The notes under the pieces were generated by a model. That model had not been told where the DNA came from and searched no databases. It saw nothing but the letters and a program-made list of their open reading frames with translations. Both the position numbers and the translations under genes were made by a program. A stretch of 64,000 bases of DNA from NCBI GenBank assembly GCA_964016885.1, contig OZ024752.1:34100001-34164000 (forward strand), read 5' to 3'. Below, piece by piece: positions 56,241 through 64,000 of the stretch; the first letter of the stretch is position 1; the number at the start of each line of letters is the position of its first letter. The stretch comes from Eledone cirrhosa (Eukaryota).

Positions 56241-59200
56241 CACTGTCTATGTGTTTAACCCTTTCATTACTGTATGTCTAATGAAAGACACAGTCTATGT
56301 GTTTAATCCTTTCATTACTGTATGTCTAATGAAAGCCCTTTCATTACTGTATTTCTAATGAAAGACACTGTCTATGTGTTTAATCCTTTCATTACTGTAT
56401 GTCTAATGAAAGACACTGTCTCTGTGTTTAATCCTTTCATTGCTGTATATCTAATGAAAGACACTGTCTATGTGTTTAATCCTTTCATTACTGTATATCT
56501 AATGAAAGACACTGTCTATGTCTTTAACCCTTTCATTACTGTATGTCTAATGAAAGACACTGTCTATGTGTTTAACACTTTCATTACTGTATGTCTAATG
56601 AAAGACACTGTCTATGTGTTTTACCATTTCATTACTGTATGTCTAATATAAGACACTGTCTATGTCTTTAACCCTTTATTTACTGTATTTGTAATGAAAG
56701 ACACTGTTTATGTGTTTAATCCTTTCATTACTGTATGTCTAATAAAAGGGACTGTCTATGTGTTTAACCCTTTCATTACTGTATGTCTAATGAAAGACAC
56801 TGTCTATGTATTTAATCCTTTCATTACTGTATGAATAATGAAAGACACTGTCTTTGTGTTTAACCCTTTCATTACTGTATGTCTAATGAAAGACACTGTC
56901 TATGTCTTTAACCCTTTCATTACTGTATGTCTAATGAAAGACACTGTCTGTGTTTAACCCTTTCATTACTGTATGTCTAATGAAAGACACTGTCTATGTG
57001 TTTAATCCTTTCATTACTGTATATCTAATGAAAGACACTGTCTATGTCTTTAACCCTTTCATTACTGTATGTCTAATGAAAGACACTGTCTATGTGTTTA
57101 ACACTTTCATTACTGTATGTCTAATGAAAGACACTGTCTATGTGTTTTACCATTTCATTACTGTATGTCTAATATAAGACACTGTCTATGTCTTTAACCC
57201 TTTATTTACTGTATTTGTAATGAAAGACACTGTCTATGTGTTTAATCCTTTCATTACTGTATGTCTTATGAAAGACACTGTCTATGGGTTTAACCCTTTC
57301 ATTACTGTATGTCTAATGAAAGAAACTGTCTATGTCTTTAACCCTTTCATTACTGTATGTCTAATGAAAGACACTGTCTATGTCTTTAACCCTTTCATTA
57401 CTGTATGTCTAATGAAAGACACTGTCTATGTATTTAATCCTTTCATTACTGTATGTCTAATGAAAGACACTGTCTATGTCTTTAACCCTTTCATTACTGT
57501 ATGTCCATTGAAAAACACTGTCTGTGTTTAACCCTTTCATTACTGTATGTCTAATGAAAGACATTGTCTGTGTGTTTAACCCTTTCATTACTGTATGTCT
57601 AATGAAAGACACTGTCTATGTGTTTAACCCTTTCATTACTGTATGTCTATTGAAAGACACTGTCTATGTTGAATCCATTCATTACTGTATGTCTAATGAA
57701 AGACACTGTTTATGTGTTTAATCCTTTCATTACTGTATGTCTAATAAAAGGGACTGTCTATGTCTTTAACCCTTTCATTACTGTATGTCTAATGAAAGAC
57801 ACTGTCTGTGTTTAACCCTTCCATTACTGTATGTCTAATGAAAGACATTGTCTGTGTGTTTAACCCTTTCATTACTGTATGTCTAATGAAAGACACTGTC
57901 TGTGTGTTTAACCCTTTCATTACTGTATGTCTAATGAAAGACACAGTCTATGTGTTTAATCCTGTCATTACTGTATGTCTAATGAAAGACACAGTCTATG
58001 TGTTTAACCCTTTTATTACTGTATGTCTAATGAAAGACACAGTCTATGTGTTTAACCCTTTCATTACTGTATGTCTAATGAAAGACACTGTCTATGTGTT
58101 TAACCCTTTCATTACTGTATGTCTAATGAAAGACACTGTCTATGTGTTTAACCCTTTCATTACTGTATGTCTAATGAAAGACACAGTCTATGTGTTTAAT
58201 CCTTTCATTACTGTATGTCTAATGAAAGACACAGTCTATGTGTTTAATCCTTTCATTACTGTATATCTAATGAAAGACACTGTCTATGTGTTTAACCCTT
58301 TCATTACTGTATGTCTAATGAAAGACACAGTCTATGTGTTTAACCCTTTCATTACAGTATGTCTAATGAAAGACACAGTCTATGTGTTTAACCCTTTCAT
58401 TACTGTATGTCTAATGAAAGACACAGTCTATGTGTTTAATCCTTTCATTACTGTATGTCTAATGAAAGCCCTTTCATTACTGTATTTCTAATGAAAGACA
58501 CTGTCTATGTGTTTAATCCTTTCATTACTGTATGTCTAATGAAAGACACTGTCTCTGTGTTTAATCCTTTCATTGCTGTATATCTAATGAAAGACACTGT
58601 CTATGTGTTTAACCCTTTCATTACTGTATGTCTATTGAAAGACACTGTCTATGTTGAATCCATTCATTACTGTATGTCTAATGAAAGACACTGTTTATGT
58701 GTTTAATCCTTTCATTACTGTATGTCTAATAAAAGGGACTGTCTATGTCTTTAACCCTTTCATTACTGTATGTCTAATGAAAGACACTGTCTGTGTTTAA
58801 CCCTTCCATTACTGTATGTCTAATGAAAGACACTGTCTATCTGTTTAACCCTTTCATTACTGTATGTCTAATGAAAGACACAGTCTATGTGTTTAATCCT
58901 TTCATTACTGTATGTCTAATGAAAGACACAGTCTATGTGTTTAATCCTTTCATTACTGTATGTCTAATGAAAGACACTGTCTATGTGTTTAACCCTTTCA
59001 TTACTGTATGTCTAATGAAAGACACAGTCTATGTGTTTAACCCTTTCATTACTGTATGTCTAATGAAAGACACAGTCTATGTGTTTAACCCTTTCATTAC
59101 TGTATGTCTAATGAAAGACACAGTCTATGTGTTTAATCCTTTCATTACTGTATGTCTAATGAAAGCCCTTTCATTACTGTATTTCTAATGAAAGACACTG

Positions 59201-62200
59201 TCTATGTGTTTAAACCTTTCATTACTGTATGTCTAATGAAAGACACTGTCTCTGTGTTTAATCCTTTCATTGCTGTATGTCTAATGAAAGACACTGTCTA
59301 TGTGTTTAACCCTTTCATTACTGTATGTCTATTGAAAGACACTGTCTATGTTGAATCCTTTCATTACTGTATGTCTAATGAAAGACACTGTTTATGTGTT
59401 TAATCCTTTCATTACTGTATGTCTAATAAAAGGGACTGTCTATGTGTTTAACCCTTTCATTACTGTATGTCTAATGAAAGACACTGTCTATGTGTTTAAC
59501 CCTTTCATTACTGTATGTCTAATGAAAGACACTGTCTATGTATTTAATCCTTTCATTACTGTATGTCAAATGAAAGACACTGTCTATGTCTTTAACCCTT
59601 TCATTACTGTATGTCTAATGAAAGACACTGTCTGTGTTTAACCCTTTCATTACTGTATGTCTAATGAAAGACACAGTCTATGTGTTTAATCCTTTCATTA
59701 CTGTATGTCTAATGAAAGACACTGTCTATGTGTTTAATCCTTTCATTGCTGTATGTCTAATGAAAGACACTGTCTATGTGTTTAACCCTTTCATTACTGT
59801 ATGTCTATTGAAAGACACTGTCTATGTTGAATCCTTTCATTACTGTATGTCTAATGAAAGACACTGTTTATGTGTTTAATCCTTTCATTACTGTATGTCT
59901 AATAAAAGGGACTGTCTATGTGTTTAACCCTTTCATTACTGTATGTCTAATGAAAGACACTGTCTATGTATTTAATCCTTTCATTACTGTATGAATAATG
60001 AAAGACACTGTCTTTGTGTTTAACCCTTTCATTACTGTATGTCTAATGAAAGACACTGTCTATGTCTTTAACCCTTTCATTACTGTATGTCTAATGAAAG
60101 ACACTGTCTGTGTTTAACCCTTTCATTACTGTATGTCTAATGAAAGACACTGTCTATGTGTTTAATCCTTTCATTACTGTATATCTAATGAAAGACACTG
60201 TCTATGTCTTTAACCCTTTCATTACTGTATATCTAATGAAAGACACTGTCTATGTGTTTAACACTTTCATTACTGTATGTCTAATGAAAGACACTGTCTA
60301 TGTGTTTTACCATTTCATTACTGTATGTCTAATATAAGACACTGTCTATGTCTTTAACCCTTTATTTACTGTATTTGTAATGAAAGACACTGTCTATGTG
60401 TTTAATCCTTTCATTACTGTATGTCTTATGAAAGACACTGTCTATGGGTTTAACCCTTTCATTACTGTATGTCTAATGAAAGAAACTGTCTATGTCTTTA
60501 ACCCTTTCATTACTGTATGTCTAATGAAAGACACTGTCTATGTCTTTAACCCTTTCATTACTGTATGTCTAATGAAAGACACTGTCTATGTATTTAATCC
60601 TTTCATTACTGTATGTCTAATGAAAGACACTGTCTATGTCTTTAACCCTTTCATTACTGTATGTCCATTGAAAAACACTGTCTGTGTTTAACCCTTTCAT
60701 TACTGTATGTCTAATGAAAGACATTGTCTGTGTGTTTAACCCTTTCATTACTGTATGTCTAATGAAAGACACTGTCTATGTGTTTAACCCTTTCATTACT
60801 GTATGTCTATTGAAAGACACTGTCTATGTTGAATCCATTCATTACTGTATGTCTAATGAAAGACACTGTTTATGTGTTTAATCCTTTCATTACTGTATGT
60901 CTAATAAAAGGGACTGTCTATGTCTTTAACCCTTTCATTACTGTATGTCTAATGAAAGACACTGTCTGTGTTTAACCCTTCCATTACTGTATGTCTAATG
61001 AAAGACATTGTCTGTGTGTTTAACCCTTTCATTACTGTATGTCTAATGAAAGACACTGTCTGTGTGTTTAACCCTTTCATTACTGTATGTCTAATGAAAG
61101 ACACAGTCTATGTGTTTAATCCTTTCATTACTGTATGTCTAATGAAAGACACAGTCTATGTGTTTAACCCTTTTATTACTGTATGTCTAATGAAAGACAC
61201 AGTCTATGTGTTTAACCCTTTCATTACTGTATGTCTAATGAAAGACACTGTCTATGTGTTTAACCCTTTCATTACTGTATGTCTAATGAAAGACACTGTC
61301 TATCTGTTTAACCCTTTCATTACTGTATGTCTAATGAAAGACACAGTCTATGTGTTTAATCCTTTCATTACTGTATGTCTAATGAAAGACACAGTCTATG
61401 TGTTTAATCCTTTCATTACTGTATGTCTAATGAAAGACACTGTCTATGTGTTTAACCCTTTCATTACTGTATGTCTAATGAAAGACACAGTCTATGTGTT
61501 TAACCCTTTCATTACTGTATGTCTAATGAAAGACACAGTCTATGTGTTTAACCCTTTCATTACTGTATGTCTAATGAAAGACACAGTCTATGTGTTTAAT
61601 CCTTTCATTACTGTATGTCTAATGAAAGCCCTTTCATTACTGTATTTCTAATGAAAGACACTGTCTATGTGTTTAATCCTTTCATTGCTGTATGTCTAAT
61701 GAAAGACACTGTCTATGTGTTTAACCCTTTCATTACTGTATGTCTATTGAAAGACACTGTCTATGTTGAATCCTTTCATTACTGTATGTCTAATGAAAGA
61801 CACTGTCTGTGTTTAACCCTTTCATTACTGTATGTCTAATGAAAGACACTGTCTATGTGTTTAATCCTTTCATTACTCTATGTCTAATGAAAGACACTGT
61901 CTATGTGTTTAACCCTTTCATTACTGTATGTCTAATGAAAGACACTGTCTATGTCTTTAACCCTTTCATTACTGTATGTCTAATGAAAGACACTGTCTGT
62001 GTTTAACCCTTTCATTACTGTATGTCTAATGAAAGACACAGTCTATGTGTTTAATCCTTTCATTACTGTATGTCTAATGAAAGACACTGTCTATGTGTTT
62101 AATCCTTTCATTGCTGTATGTCTAATGAAAGACACTGTCTATGTGTTTAATCCTTTCATTACTGTATGTCTATTGAAAGACACTGTCTATGTTGAATCCT

Positions 62201-64000
62201 TTCATTACTGTATGTCTAATGAAAGACACTGTTTATGTGTTTAATCCTTTCATTACTGTATGTCTAATAAAAGGGACTGTCTATGTGTTTAACCCTTTCA
62301 TTACTGTATGTCTAATGAAAGACACTGTCTATGTATTTAATCCTTTCATTACTGTATGAATAATGAAAGACACTGTCTATGTGTTTAACCCTTTCATTAC
62401 TGTATGTCTAATGAAAGACACTGTCTATGTCTTTAACCCTTTCATTACTGTATGTCTAATGAAAGACACTGTCTGTGTTTAACCCTTTCATTACTGTATG
62501 TCTAATGAAAGACACTGTCTATGTGTTTAATCCTTTCATTACTGTATGTCTAATGAAAGACACTGTCTATGTCTTTAACCCTTTCATTACTGTATGTCTA
62601 ATGAAAGACACTGTCTATGTCTTTAACCCTTTCATTACTGTATGTCTAATGAAAGACACTGTCTATGTGTTTTACCATTTCATTACTGTATGTCTAATAA
62701 AAGACACTGTCTATGTCTTTAACCCTTTATTTACTGTATTTGTAATGAAAGACACTGTCTATGTGTTTAATCCTTTCATTACTGTATGTCTAATGAAAGA
62801 CACTGTCTATGTCTTTAACCCTTTCATTACTGTATGTCTATTGAAAAACACTGTCTGTGTTTAACCCTTTCATTACTGTATGTCTAATGAAAGACATTGT
62901 CTGTGTGTTTAACCCTTTCATTACTGTATGTCTAATGAAAGACACTGTCTATGTGTTTAATCCTTTCATTACTGTATGTCTAATGATAGACATTGTTTAT
63001 GTGTTTAATCCTTTCATTACTGTATGTCTAATGAAAGACACTGTTTATGTGTTTAATCCTTTCATTACTGTATGTCTAATAAAAGGGACTGTCTATGTGT
63101 TTAACCCTTTCATTACTGTATGTCTAATGAAAGACACTGTCTATGTGTTTAACCCTTTCATTACTGTATGTCTAATGAAAGACACTGTCTATGTACTTAA
63201 TCCTTTCATTACTGTATGTCTAATGAAAGACACTGTCTATGTCTTTAACCCTTTCATTACTGTATGTGTAATGAAAGACACTGTCTGTGTTTAACTCTTT
63301 CATTACTGTATGTCTAATGAAAGACACAGTCTATGTGTTTAATCCTTTCATTACTGTATGTCTAATGAAAGACACTGTCTATGTGTTTAATCCTTTCATT
63401 ACTGTATGTCTAATGAAAGACACAGTTTGTGTTTAACCTTTTCATTACTGTATGTCTAATGAAAGACACTGTCTGTGTGTTTAACCCTTTCATTACTGTA
63501 TGTCTAATGAAAGACACAGTCTATGTGTTTAATCCTTTCATTACTGTATGTCTATTGAAAGACACTGTCTATGTTGAATCCATTCATTACTGTATGTCTA
63601 ATGAAAGACACTGTTTATGTGTTTAATCCTTTCATTACTGTATGTCTAATAAAAGGGACTGTCTATGTCTTTAACCCTTTCATTACTGTATGTCTAATGA
63701 AAGACACTGTCTGTGTTTAACCCTTCCATTACTGTATGTCTAATGAAAGACATTGTCTGTGTGTTTAACCCTTTCATTACTGTATGTCTAATGAAAGACA
63801 CTGTCTGTGTGTTTAACCCTTTCATTACTGTATGTCTAATGAAAGACACAGTCTATGTGTTTAATCCTTTCATTACTGTATGTCTAATGAAAGACACAGT
63901 CTATGTGTTTAACCCTTTTATTACTGTATGTCTAATGAAAGACACAGTCTATGTGTTTAACCCTTTCATTACTGTATGTCTAATGAAAGACACTGTCTAT

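Larger units (their letters stand above)
1..64000. repeat. Tandem satellite/large minisatellite array, 48-bp monomer, ~1,350 head-to-tail copies, no boundary within the window
   Basis: Consensus CCTTTCATTACTGTATGTCTAATGAAAGACACTGTCTATGTGTTTAAC recurs every 48 nt throughout. Most copies differ by 0-3 substitutions. Shortened units of 46, 44, 42 and 29 bp occur. The ORF track shows the same 16-aa unit on the + strand across the window, consistent with no inversion or foreign insertion. Confidence 0.99.

Noticed and set aside
40-63626. Numerous + strand ORFs encoding (VFNPFITVCLMKDTVY)n, up to 369 aa
   Set aside because: They follow from a 48-bp unit with one stop-free frame. ORF ends coincide with recurrent 2-bp and 19-bp deletions, many starts are GTG/TTG within the repeat, and there is no unique N- or C-terminal domain. 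Not called as CDS; the synonymous-bias oddity is kept as a finding.
1-64000. CRISPR array (palindromic ~27-bp repeat plus ~21-nt spacer)
   Set aside because: The 'spacers' are all the same sequence with minor variants, not unique. No leader or cas genes are present.
1-64000. Assignment to a named satellite family, organism or centromere
   Set aside because: I do not recognise the monomer with confidence and there is no flanking unique sequence. This needs a BLASTN/Dfam search and chromatin data.

Overview
The whole 64 kb is one uninterrupted head-to-tail tandem array (satellite or very large minisatellite, most likely eukaryotic). The monomer is 48 bp and about 33% GC, consensus CCTTTCATTACTGTATGTCTAATGAAAGACAC(T/A)GTCTATGTGTTTAA(C/T), with roughly 1,350 copies by my estimate. 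All copies I read are in one orientation and the array runs off both ends. I see no genes, RNA genes, CRISPR array or intact mobile element. The listed ORFs arise because 48 is a multiple of 3 and one frame lacks a stop (VFNPFITVCLMKDTVY)n. The structure of interest lies inside the array: (1) each monomer has a perfect 9-bp inverted repeat (CTTTCATTA-N9-TAATGAAAG) just after a TTAA|CCCTTT motif resembling a piggyBac end; (2) the larger indels and a 3-base variant map onto that palindrome; (3) diagnostic variants reveal nested higher-order repeats (286, 334, 382, 839, 3210 bp) and multi-kb duplications; (4) the variant set changes at about 20-28 kb. I cannot name the organism or satellite family, and all functional ideas below are hypotheses.
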